This document shows positions 17,591 through 26,551 of a stretch of 64,000 bases of DNA, piece after piece. Under the pieces are notes generated by a model. That model ran no database searches, was not told where the DNA came from, and saw only the letters and a list, made by a program, of their open reading frames with translations. A program made the translations under genes and the position numbers. The stretch covers positions 3,753 through 67,752 of the forward strand of contig JAFMHB010000001.1 of assembly GCA_017854795.1 (NCBI GenBank), read 5' to 3'. Numbering within the stretch: position 1 is the stretch's first letter; each line of letters begins with the position of its first letter. Origin of the DNA: Candidatus Nanopelagicales bacterium. GTDB lineage: Bacteria; Actinomycetota; Actinomycetes; S36-B12.

Positions 17591-17638
17591 GGATCAGAAA
17601 CTAGTCGTCCATTTAGACGCCTTCACGTCAAAGTGGGG

Positions 17639-18319
17639 CTACCTTGACGTCGGCTCCGCAGTGCCGGGTCGACCGGCCCATTCAATGAACATCCGCGCGG
17701 CCGTCACTCGCATGTTGACTGCCGGATCAGTCTCGAGGCCCAATGCAACGAAGATGCGGTTCAGGATGTGCTCAACGGCTCCGACTGTCGAACCACGACG
17801 CTCCGCGATCTCTGCGTTGCTCAGCCCCATGGCCACCATCCGCAGGACCTGCACCTGGGTGGGAGTCAAGGACGACAGTCCATTGGAGGTGGACTCAGCA
17901 CCTGCAGCGGAATTCTTGTCGTGTGAATCGCTAAGGACGGTCTCTAGAGCCTGAAGGACTACGGCAGCATCGTTCACGTCCGACTTGCGCAGGTAGAGGG
18001 CGCGCTCGAACCACCTCTTGCGGTAGTCCGAGGTGATCTCGTAGTTGGAGAGGATTACTACTCCGAGGTAGGGCGCCTCCTTCGTCAGCGAAACGATGAG
18101 GTCGAGACCACTGACACCGCTGCCCAAATCAATGTCACAGAGGATTGCATCTGGATCGAACCGAGGAAACTCCTGCACCGCAGTGCTGGCACCGGCGACA
18201 GCTATCACGTCAAAGCCGGCGGCCGTGAGCATGTCTTTCAGCATGGCACGGATGAGCCCCTCGTCCTCCACCACCAGGACGCGGCGGGGCGGCACCGTGA
18301 CTTTACTCAACGACGTCAT
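17639..18319 (-). CDS. NarL/LuxR-family response regulator
   Basis: Start set at ATG 18319 ('MTSLSKVTVPPRRVLVVEDE'). Receiver Asp in 'ILCDIDL'. HTH 'LTPTQVQVLRMVAMGLSNAEIAERRGSTVGAVEHILNRI'. Confidence 0.8.
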   Translation of the reverse strand: MTSLSKVTVPPRRVLVVEDEGLIRAMLKDMLTAAGFDVIAVAGASTAVQEFPRFDPDAILCDIDLGSGVSGLDLIVSLTKEAPYLGVVILSNYEITSDYRKRWFERALYLRKSDVNDAAVVLQALETVLSDSHDKNSAAGAESTSNGLSSLTPTQVQVLRMVAMGLSNAEIAERRGSTVGAVEHILNRIFVALGLETDPAVNMRVTAARMFIEWAGRPGTAEPTSR

Positions 18320-20093
18320 TGTTACGCCCCCCTGTCGTCGCCAGCAATGTTCGGAGCACCGTACCGGCCTCGGAGTCCCGTCGAGTCCACTCCAGACATG
18401 TGTCATCGAGAAGTCTCGTCCCGGCGCCGGGGGGCCCTTGGCCCATCAGGCCATCCCCGTCGTCCGCCACGACGATGACGAGGTAGGGGCCTTGAACGGA
18501 TAGATTCACATCGACCCGATCCGCGGCCCCAGCACGAACGGCATTGACGATACCCTCGCGGACGATCTCCACAGCAGCCAGTGCCAGAGAGGGATCGCGC
18601 TCGAGCGCTTCGGATGCCTCGTGCGCCACCTCCACACGTAGATCGATGGAGAAGCCCCAGACATCACCCATGTCTTGTAGTGACGTGCGCCAGTCGGCTG
18701 GGTTGGTCTCACGAAGTCGAACGCGGATTCGTTCACCTAGGTCGCGGAGAAGCACCTCCTGATCGCACTGTGGATCATTCACGATGCGGAGAGCAGCTGC
18801 CACCAGTTCCGACTGCACTGCTCCATGCACGCGCACGCCGAGGCTTTGCCGCTCGAACCATGCTTGGAGATTGAGTTCCGCCGTGAGTTGGCCCACGGCT
18901 TTCAGGGTGGCCTGCAGCTGCTCCTCCGCATTGCGCCACTGCCGAGCCCCAGCGAGTGCGACTGGCGGGCCCACAATCCAGACTAGAACGAACAGAGCTG
19001 ACCGAAGGGTCGAACCGAGACCGACCGCCTGCGTCACTTCATCAGGCACACGCGACGCGATCAGAGCCGTGGAGGTGACAGCCGCTGCAGAGGCTGCGAT
19101 CACCCAGGCGGCCACAATCAGGGTCGATGCCGCACGCGGATGCTGCGACCACGTATCTGGGACGTAGATGCGATCTGCCAGTCCCAGAATGGCCCAACTG
19201 ATGGCCGCCATCGTTATTCCCGCTAGAACACCATTCACGATGCCGAACTGGTTTCTTGCCGTCAGGCTGATCCAGACGAGGATCAAGGTCGCTGACATCG
19301 CAGGTGAGAAAGGGCAGTCCCGCAAGACCGCCCACAAGCCGCCGAACGTCGATCGGACGGCACCCATCGCATCGGTCCTGTCGATCACGAGGGTCACCGA
19401 TCCCGGCGTCATCAACTCACGCCCCAGCGGCCGCACGACAGACTCTGCCAGTCGGGACAGTTTCTGCGACGTGACTGCATCCGACGTGCCTCGCGTGTCG
19501 GCGATGATGGTCGCCAACTCGACCTCGACTGTGTCCTGCACACTGGACAGGAGCTCATCTCGATAGGCATCAATGGCAGTCAGAGTCTCCCTGCCGAGGG
19601 CCCTTTCACGCGCCAGTTCGTCCTGCAGGTGCTGCTGCGCGTCGCGGTGTCTGCGATATCCGTCGACGACCAAAGCCGCCATGGCCAGCAGTGCGGCGCT
19701 GGCCAGCGTTGTGGTGGCAATTCGGTCGACCCAGCCATCCACGGGAAGTCCCCACCACGCATTGCCGAACTGGACAACCGACGCACGGATGGCACTCGCC
19801 AGGACGAACGTGGCAACAGCAAGCACGGGTCTGGGCTGCCGATCACCGGGTCTCAGATACGTCAACCAGGCCAACCACAGGACAAGGCCCAAGGCCAACT
19901 GTCCCACGATCCTGATCAGGAACCAGGTTGCCACGGCAGAGGGAACGTGGTTCGAGCTTGAGATCGCCTCGATATCCGCCGTCGTTGGCAGCAGAGCGAA
20001 GGCGAACATGAGCAGCCACGCTGGAAGCGAAACGGCGTTGGGGCCACCCACGCGCCACCACGGTACGCGCAGCGCTCCTGCCCTTAGCACCAT
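18303..20093 (-). CDS. multi-TM sensor histidine kinase, paralogue of 447-2210
   Basis: Same layout as 447-2210: TM block, coiled segment, TM block, 'RVHGAVQSEL' H-box-like, 'VREGIVNAVRAG', 'VVADDGDG'. Confidence 0.7.
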   Translation of the reverse strand: MVLRAGALRVPWWRVGGPNAVSLPAWLLMFAFALLPTTADIEAISSSNHVPSAVATWFLIRIVGQLALGLVLWLAWLTYLRPGDRQPRPVLAVATFVLASAIRASVVQFGNAWWGLPVDGWVDRIATTTLASAALLAMAALVVDGYRRHRDAQQHLQDELARERALGRETLTAIDAYRDELLSSVQDTVEVELATIIADTRGTSDAVTSQKLSRLAESVVRPLGRELMTPGSVTLVIDRTDAMGAVRSTFGGLWAVLRDCPFSPAMSATLILVWISLTARNQFGIVNGVLAGITMAAISWAILGLADRIYVPDTWSQHPRAASTLIVAAWVIAASAAAVTSTALIASRVPDEVTQAVGLGSTLRSALFVLVWIVGPPVALAGARQWRNAEEQLQATLKAVGQLTAELNLQAWFERQSLGVRVHGAVQSELVAAALRIVNDPQCDQEVLLRDLGERIRVRLRETNPADWRTSLQDMGDVWGFSIDLRVEVAHEASEALERDPSLALAAVEIVREGIVNAVRAGAADRVDVNLSVQGPYLVIVVADDGDGLMGQGPPGAGTRLLDDTCLEWTRRDSEAGTVLRTLLATTGGRNNDVVE

Positions 20094-20416
20094 GCGAGGC
20101 TAGCCGCTACCTGCGATCCCGTCCAGTTACCGTGCACGTGACCGGCGCGACCGCCGAGCAGCATCACGCCGACGACGGCCATCATGATCGTACCCATCCC
20201 CACACCCACCATGGCCTGGTGCGTCGCGAAGGGCTCTCGCTCCCGGCACAGCGGCACGGTCAGCGCGAGGAGAAGTAGGACGGGGAGAGCGAAGCCATGG
20301 CGAGCCGATGGGGTGCCGGTGCTTTCTGCGATTTCGGCACCCACGACTCTCGCTGTTGATCTCGTCTGTACGACAGATCTCACCCTTGCCGGGTTCGTGC
20401 GCAACTCTGGTTTCAC
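20084..20416 (-). CDS. possible small 2-TM membrane protein upstream of the kinase (weak)
   Basis: Hydrophobic stretches 'FALPVLLLLALTVPL' and 'MVGVGMGTIMMAVVGVMLLGG'. 10-nt overlap with the HK start. High-GC DNA makes spurious ORFs likely. Confidence 0.25.
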   Translation of the reverse strand: MKPELRTNPARVRSVVQTRSTARVVGAEIAESTGTPSARHGFALPVLLLLALTVPLCREREPFATHQAMVGVGMGTIMMAVVGVMLLGGRAGHVHGNWTGSQVAASLAWC

Positions 20417-20613
20417 TCTCTACAGCGGTGCGCATCGGGTCAACCTGAACGACTCTTAGCAATCGATGGTCGCAGTCCACTTGTGACTGCTAGTGCTCTC
20501 GTGGGTCCAGTGTTTCCTTTCACTACTGGAGTTCGAGTCAACTTGACGCGACCAACGCGTGGTACCGGGATTTCACTGGTGGCGGCGCGTGTGTGCTGCG
20601 AGAGCGTTCATAC

Positions 20614-20763
20614 AGTTTTCATATTTGGGCAAGAAATTTTCACATTGGACAGTTGATGGGCAAAATGGCGTTTCGAATTCCCCCACAAAAAGGGGTTATG
20701 CACACACCCCCGGGGCCGAGGGTGTGTGAAGAACTTAGTGCATAACCGAATGCTCAACTCCAG
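20614..20763. repeat. att-like direct repeat, copy 3 (~140-bp arm plus core)
   Basis: Core 20711-20747. IR ggttatgcac (20694-20703) / gtgcataacc (20738-20747). Inner 9-bp IR cacacaccc (20701-20709) / gggtgtgtg (20720-20728). Confidence 0.8.
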
Positions 20764-20819
20764 GTGCATTGCAAGCGAGATTTCCTGATCGGGGTGTTGG
20801 AGGTGAGGCCTGCGGCATT

Positions 20820-20852
20820 GAAGGTGGAAATTCGAAGGTGGAAATTCGAAGG
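20820..20852. repeat. tandem 14-bp direct repeat (2.3 units)
   Basis: gaaggtggaaattc gaaggtggaaattc gaagg, read directly. It lies between repeat copy 3 and the amidohydrolase gene. Confidence 0.9.
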
Positions 20853-21083
20853 CCACAGTGCATCCTCTGGGTCAACTGTCCAAGAGGACATGCCACAGGT
20901 GATCGTTGACAGTGTCTCGTCGAGTATCCATTTAATATCCCACATAAAGCGTGTGGTCGCAGGCGAGTTTGGTCAACCATGGATTTTCTTTAGTTTTCCA
21001 GTTCAAGGGAACAAAGACCATAGACTTTGAGTCGAGCGAGTATGGGAAGGTGTGATACCACCGCCCATCGGGAAAGGATGAAC

Positions 21084-22805
21084 ATGGCAACTGATCTGAT
21101 TCTTAAAGCTGCATCCATCATCACGATGGAAGATGAACTCCCGCGAGCAGAGGCGATTGCCATTGACACCTCAACGGGGGTGATCACGGCGGTTGGAACG
21201 CTCGCTGTTGTGCAGGCGACTGCGCCAGGTGTTGCGGTGACCGATCTGGGAACAGATGTGCTGATGCCTGGTTTTGTTGATCCACACAACCACCCAGCAC
21301 TAAGTGGCTTAGTGACCCAGGCACCTGCGCATTGGATTGCACCGTACGTGGGATACCCGACCTACGCCGATGTGCAGGCCTTGTGGAAGCAACTCGATGC
21401 CTCAACTCCTGCAGGGCAGGCATTAGTATTCGCCGGCCTTGATCGGCTGCTTCAAGGAGCGCCTGAGTTGAATAACACTGACCTCGATGCATTCTTCCCG
21501 TCGCGGCCCGTGATCGTTATTGATAACTCAGGGCACGAGAGCTACTTCAACACTGCGGTATTCACATTAAATGGCTGGACGGATAACAAGCCCCCAGCCG
21601 ACCCGGTCGGTTCACATTTTGGTCGCAACCCCGATGGTACGTCGAACGGGCGCGCCTACGAGACGGCAGCAACATTGATGGCGGCAAACAAGGTGTTTGC
21701 AATTGCAATCCCGCATCCGTTGTTATCGGTAGCGCGATGGCTGGCAGAGATGTCGAGCAACGGAATAACCATGACTTCCGAGCACACATTTAAGGGCGAC
21801 ATGTTGGCGGCGTATTCAGCATGCGTGAGCGTCACCAACAGCCCAATTCGCATCGCGCTCTACCACATGTCAATTGAATCGGACTGCGGTGAAAAGATCA
21901 CCTCACCGAACCCATCGATGCTGTGGAAGCAGGGCATCAAGTTGTGGGCTGACGGATCGCCTTGGGTGGGTACCATCGCCGCCTCATTCCCATACCTGGA
22001 TTCGCCCGTTGTTCAGCATGCACAGATCCCCCTGGGTCCGGGGGGAGAGGCCATGATGAATTACACGAGAGCCGAACTCGATCAGGTGCTTGCTACGCAC
22101 GCAGCACAGGGTTGGCAATTCGCCTTCCATGTAAATGGCGACGTTGGACTCGACATCGTGCTCGATGCATATGAGCATGCATTGGTCACAAACAACCTGA
22201 TGGGTTTGGATCACCGCTGGCGCGTTGAACACGTCGGTGCCGCTCGAGGAGATCAGTTTGAACGTGCGGCCGCACTAGGGGTGACCATCTCGATGCTCCC
22301 TGCGCAGTTCATCTATTGGGGTGATCTCCTAGATGGGCAGATGTTCCCTCCCGAGATCGGCAGCCAATGGATGCGGGCAGGGGATGCCTTCCGTTCGGGT
22401 GCGTTGGTCACCTTCCACAACGACGGATTTGTCAGCCCACCGATCCCTCTTTTAAATATTCAAGCCATGACCACTCGTCGAAGCGCATCGGGCCAAGTAC
22501 ATGGCCCGAAGCAGCAGGTAAGTCTTCATGATGCATTCCGTGCGCACACAATTAATGCAGCTCGTCAGCTTTTCCGCGATCAAGATCTGGGATCTATCAA
22601 GGTTGGCAAGCTCGCCGACCTGGTTCAACTCTCTGCCGATCCGTACGCGGTTGATTCAGACAAACTCACCGAGCAGGTGAACGTGCAGGCAACTTGGGTG
22701 AATGGCACCAAGATCGATACCAATAAGTTCGTTGCGAACATTGAGGCCATCGATCCCAGTGAGCACCAACACCTCCCTCAGGCGGCGCTCTCGCACACCT
22801 GCTGA
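21084..22805 (+). CDS. amidohydrolase-family (Amidohydro_3-type) metal-dependent hydrolase
   Basis: 'LMPGFVDPHNHP', 'FHVNGD', 'RVEHVG', 'TFHNDG'. Start ATG 21084 (or 21078) behind ggaaagga. Confidence 0.75.
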   Translation: MATDLILKAASIITMEDELPRAEAIAIDTSTGVITAVGTLAVVQATAPGVAVTDLGTDVLMPGFVDPHNHPALSGLVTQAPAHWIAPYVGYPTYADVQALWKQLDASTPAGQALVFAGLDRLLQGAPELNNTDLDAFFPSRPVIVIDNSGHESYFNTAVFTLNGWTDNKPPADPVGSHFGRNPDGTSNGRAYETAATLMAANKVFAIAIPHPLLSVARWLAEMSSNGITMTSEHTFKGDMLAAYSACVSVTNSPIRIALYHMSIESDCGEKITSPNPSMLWKQGIKLWADGSPWVGTIAASFPYLDSPVVQHAQIPLGPGGEAMMNYTRAELDQVLATHAAQGWQFAFHVNGDVGLDIVLDAYEHALVTNNLMGLDHRWRVEHVGAARGDQFERAAALGVTISMLPAQFIYWGDLLDGQMFPPEIGSQWMRAGDAFRSGALVTFHNDGFVSPPIPLLNIQAMTTRRSASGQVHGPKQQVSLHDAFRAHTINAARQLFRDQDLGSIKVGKLADLVQLSADPYAVDSDKLTEQVNVQATWVNGTKIDTNKFVANIEAIDPSEHQHLPQAALSHTC

Positions 22806-22891
22806 TTCCTGCACGGCTGAATCATGTCCACACCCATCAGTGGCTAATGGCCATGCCGCGAGGATTTAACTCGGCTACATAATCTTCGCGG

Positions 22892-23545
22892 TTAGTCGTC
22901 CCGAGCGTCCGAAACCTGAGTGGGCAGGGTGGGTACCTGCCAGCCGAGAGTGACGGCACCGAGTCGAATAATGAGGGTGACGGAAACGCCGACTAGGAAT
23001 GGAACCCAGTCACCGAAACTTTGGGTGAGGAGGAATGCCACGGAACCGGCGACCGCGGCTAATGCGTAAACCTCGCCATCGAAAATCGAGATGCGAATTC
23101 CCGCGATTATGTCGCGGATAATTCCGCCGGCAATTCCACTAATTACACCAAGAACAACAGCGGGTCCGTAAGAAAATCCTGCATCACGAGCTATGTCGGT
23201 ACCCACGATTGTGAAAGCCGCTAGTCCAATGGCGTCGGTGAAGAGAAATACGTGTCCCATCCAAGCTCTGTGACGTTGCCAAGGAAAAACTCGCGCTGCA
23301 ATCCAGACCACCACAACCGTAATCGCAATCAGAATCACCGTGGGCCAGAAGTCGACCAACCAACCAGGGGTTTCGGTGATAAGAAGGTCTCTCAAAGTCC
23401 CACCACCAATTGCGGTGACAGCGGCTAATGTCGAGACTCCCAACCAGTCCATGCCAGCTCGCGCACCTGCGACGGCACCGGAGGCGGCGAAGGCAACTAT
23501 GCCCACCACGGTCATGATAAGTAATGGCAAAGGTAGTTCAAGCAC
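22892..23545 (-). CDS. UPF0126 / TRIC-type (Pfam 'Gly_transporter') membrane protein
   Basis: Duplicated 3-TM halves carrying 'GGGTLRDLL' and 'AGGIIRDII'. GTG start. Confidence 0.75.
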   Translation of the reverse strand: MLELPLPLLIMTVVGIVAFAASGAVAGARAGMDWLGVSTLAAVTAIGGGTLRDLLITETPGWLVDFWPTVILIAITVVVVWIAARVFPWQRHRAWMGHVFLFTDAIGLAAFTIVGTDIARDAGFSYGPAVVLGVISGIAGGIIRDIIAGIRISIFDGEVYALAAVAGSVAFLLTQSFGDWVPFLVGVSVTLIIRLGAVTLGWQVPTLPTQVSDARDD

Positions 23546-23742
23546 GGTGACACTCTTTCAGGTTCTCGCACAATTGCAGGGTGTACGCCACGAGCAACTA
23601 CCCGGACTTACTTGCTTTTTGGTCGGAGTGAGTGACCTTGGCCCAGGCGGGCACAGGAATCTTGCGGTAGTCCCGTGCCGAGAGCCCTCTCCGAAACGGT
23701 AATAAGGCTGCCCAGTACAAGTGGCAGGGCTAACTCAAAGTC

Positions 23743-24552
23743 TTATCGAGTGAAACCACCGTGAGCCTCGACCACTGAACCATTCAATGAAGCGCCATCC
23801 AATGAACAACAGAAAGCAATTGTTTTCGCAATCTCGGATGGCTGGAGTAATCGTTGTACCAGTTGTGCAGATGCAAACTCTTGTGGGTCGCCTATTCCAT
23901 ATATTTCAGCAGTTGCGGTAAGCATGGGGGTTTGTGTGGAACCGGGGGAGACAGCTACCGCGGTGACGCCTGTGCCAACGAGGTCGGCGGCCAGTCCGCG
24001 GACAAGACCTACGACAGCATGCTTTGCCATTGAATACGCTGCCAATCGGTGAAGCCCACGTGTCCCGGCTACCGAGGCGATGCCGACGAATCGACATCCA
24101 CTTGGATCGGGGCCGTTGAGCATGTGTGGAATCACAGCGGCCGCTGTGTTCCACACTCCGATCACATCAATGTCGAGCAGAGTTTTGACGTGGGTTTCTG
24201 GCGTTTGCCAGAGTGCTTCCCCTCCACTGATCACCGCGGCTGCGGCCACGGCTGCATCAAGTCGCCCGAATGTGCTGACAGCCAGGTCGGCGACTTCAAT
24301 CATTTTTGCGCGATCACGGACGTCAACAACTCGTGCAATCACTTGACCTGGGTGCTCATCTTGCAGACTCATGAGTTCGTCTGTCTCGGCCAATGAGTAC
24401 GCAACACCCGCATAATCTGATGTTTCGCTGCCCACGCATGAATCGATAGCTAGCACTCTGAAGCCATCGCTGCACAGTGCTTCGACGGTGGCGCGCCCAA
24501 TTCCACGCGCCGCCCCGGTGACCAGCGCCACCCGCTCAATGTGATTCGTCAT
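23743..24552 (-). CDS. mycofactocin-coupled SDR-family oxidoreductase
   Basis: 'ALVTGAARGIGRA', 'YSMAKHAV'. ATGA-coupled to the end of mftE. Confidence 0.75.
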   Translation of the reverse strand: MTNHIERVALVTGAARGIGRATVEALCSDGFRVLAIDSCVGSETSDYAGVAYSLAETDELMSLQDEHPGQVIARVVDVRDRAKMIEVADLAVSTFGRLDAAVAAAAVISGGEALWQTPETHVKTLLDIDVIGVWNTAAAVIPHMLNGPDPSGCRFVGIASVAGTRGLHRLAAYSMAKHAVVGLVRGLAADLVGTGVTAVAVSPGSTQTPMLTATAEIYGIGDPQEFASAQLVQRLLQPSEIAKTIAFCCSLDGASLNGSVVEAHGGFTR

Positions 24553-25325
24553 GACTTGGAGAGTCTAGAAGATTGTTCGGCGGATTTCGCAGCCGATGCT
24601 GCGGGCCTTGCGAGTTTCCCGCTGGGGCTGACCGAGTTGCCGAGTATTCGTTCGCAGAGGTCATCGACGAGGCCGGTGAATAGGTGTTCACCAGCAGATG
24701 CGCTCGCCTGTAATGGATCTCCGAGTACCCCCGACTCGGAAACGGCCCGCACCCCCGATGCCATTAGTGCGGGCAGGAGTTCACTCAGGTTTGCTGTATT
24801 ACCCGTGACTGCGCGGTCCATGTCGACCCGGTTTGGTTCAAGGAACAGCATGACCGAAGTTTCATCGCGACCGGCGTGGGCATCGGTTGCACCTTCAAAT
24901 GCGCAGGGAACCCACGCAACCTGATGTTGCTCGAGAATCATTTGGTTGACAACATCGGTCACGGTAGCGACGTTCCCTCCGTGACCATTGACAAACACCA
25001 CTCGTCCAGCCCAATGGGAAAGGGAACGCACAACCTCAATCAGCAGTACCCTCAATGCCTCGTGCCCAATAGAGATCGTTCCGGGAAACATTTGGTGCTC
25101 GCCACTAGAGCCGTAAGCGATGGCAGGGGCAACAACGACCGGGATGCCGTGCTCATCGGATAGGTGAGAAGCGCATGCTGCTGCTGCTGCGGAAGCAATG
25201 GCCGTGTCTGTGTCAAAGGGTAGGTGCGGACCATGTTGTTCTGTTGATCCGATTGGTACCAAGACCAGCGGGTGATCAGGAACAGCGGTCCACGTTAACT
25301 CTGACAAATGACATGACACAGCCAT
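24549..25325 (-). CDS. mftE: mycofactocin biosynthesis peptidyl-dipeptidase MftE (creatininase family)
   Basis: 'GSTEQHGPHLPFDTD', 'VNGHGGN'. Position between mftD and the SDR. Confidence 0.85.
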   Translation of the reverse strand: MAVSCHLSELTWTAVPDHPLVLVPIGSTEQHGPHLPFDTDTAIASAAAAACASHLSDEHGIPVVVAPAIAYGSSGEHQMFPGTISIGHEALRVLLIEVVRSLSHWAGRVVFVNGHGGNVATVTDVVNQMILEQHQVAWVPCAFEGATDAHAGRDETSVMLFLEPNRVDMDRAVTGNTANLSELLPALMASGVRAVSESGVLGDPLQASASAGEHLFTGLVDDLCERILGNSVSPSGKLARPAASAAKSAEQSSRLSKS

Positions 25326-25334
25326 AGGAACTAC

Positions 25335-26507
25335 TTAAGCACCCAATGTACGAGTGAAACCGGGGGGAACGATCACGTCTTCTGGAGTGAGGTCGTGAAT
25401 TGAAGAATGGCCGAGGCCATAGAGCGTCGCATCCATCCCGTTGCGCATGATGTCAAGGACATTTTCCACACCCGCCTGTCCATTGGCTGCGAGTGCCCAG
25501 AGGTAGGCGCGGCCAATCATCACAGAGCGAGCGCCGAGGGCGACGGCTTTAATAACGTCACTGCCCCGTCTAATCCCACCATCCATGACGACCTCAATTT
25601 CATCGCCGACGGCGGTCACGATTGATGGCAAGACTCTGATTGGTGCGGGCGTCGTGTCGATGTTGTTGCCTCCATGGTTGGAGACTGAAATGGCGGAGAA
25701 CCCGGCCTGCACGGCAGCTTTGGCGTCGTCAACTCGACAGATTCCCTTTAGAAGGAAAGGGCCCTCCCACTGGGAGCGCAGCCACGCTATGTCTTCCCAG
25801 GTGGCGGGAGGGGTTTGCATCCACTCTGCATAGGCCCCGAAGAATGTGGGAGATACTCCCTGGTCGTTCATCAGGTTAGGAGTGGTGAGATCGGGAATTC
25901 CACCACCGAGTGCGAACTCCATAAGCCAGCGGGGGCGTCGAATTACCTGGGGTGCGAATTGCACCATGGCACTCAACCCAATTTTCTCCGGAATAACCGG
26001 GCTACCCCAATCCCGACCGTAGGTAAAGGACCAATCAAGGGTGAGGATCAATCCTTTTGCCCCATCAATCCGCGCCTTTTCAATTCGCTTAAGCATGGTG
26101 TCTCTGGTCCCCATCCAGTACATCTGAAAAAATGTCTGTGGGTTTTGCTCAACAACTGCCTCGAGCGGCTTGCTACCAAACGAACTCAGACTTACCGCTG
26201 TGCCGCGCGAAGCAGCAGCCCGGGCGACAGCTAATTCACCTTGAGGATGCACCGCCTGGACGCCGGTGGGGGAGATGAATAAAGGCATCGAGATGTTCTG
26301 GCCCATCACGTTAGTTGCCAAATCACGTTTGGCGTGCAGCCCGGCAACGTGCGGGGCAAGTCCGAGTTCGGAGAATGCCTGCGTGTTGTCCGCGTAGGAG
26401 ACTCCCTTTTCGGATCCGGCCAGCAGTGCGCTGTAAACGGATGAAGGTAGTTTTTTTTCAGCGCGGCGCTGGGCTTCAGCGACAGTCTCAAACCAAGTGT
26501 TGGCCAT
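25335..26507 (-). CDS. mftD: pre-mycofactocin synthase MftD (FMN alpha-hydroxyacid oxidase family)
   Basis: 'ISPTGVQ', 'VSNHGGNN', 'DGGIRRGSDVIKA'. Cluster context. Confidence 0.85.
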   Translation of the reverse strand: MANTWFETVAEAQRRAEKKLPSSVYSALLAGSEKGVSYADNTQAFSELGLAPHVAGLHAKRDLATNVMGQNISMPLFISPTGVQAVHPQGELAVARAAASRGTAVSLSSFGSKPLEAVVEQNPQTFFQMYWMGTRDTMLKRIEKARIDGAKGLILTLDWSFTYGRDWGSPVIPEKIGLSAMVQFAPQVIRRPRWLMEFALGGGIPDLTTPNLMNDQGVSPTFFGAYAEWMQTPPATWEDIAWLRSQWEGPFLLKGICRVDDAKAAVQAGFSAISVSNHGGNNIDTTPAPIRVLPSIVTAVGDEIEVVMDGGIRRGSDVIKAVALGARSVMIGRAYLWALAANGQAGVENVLDIMRNGMDATLYGLGHSSIHDLTPEDVIVPPGFTRTLGA

Positions 26508-26551
26508 TAGGAGCCTTTCGTGGATTCAGGTTAGTGCGGTAGTTGAGTTAT

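Noticed and set aside
15806-20480. Many long ORFs antisense to or out of frame with the FG-GAP, RR and HK genes (e.g. 16035-16388, 16060-16563, 18096-18503, 19168-19566, 19573-20103, 20127-20480).
   Set aside because: This is the typical shadow-ORF effect of GC-rich DNA. The translations are Arg/Pro/Ser/Ala-rich and low in complexity, with no motifs. The opposite-frame genes have clear domain signatures.
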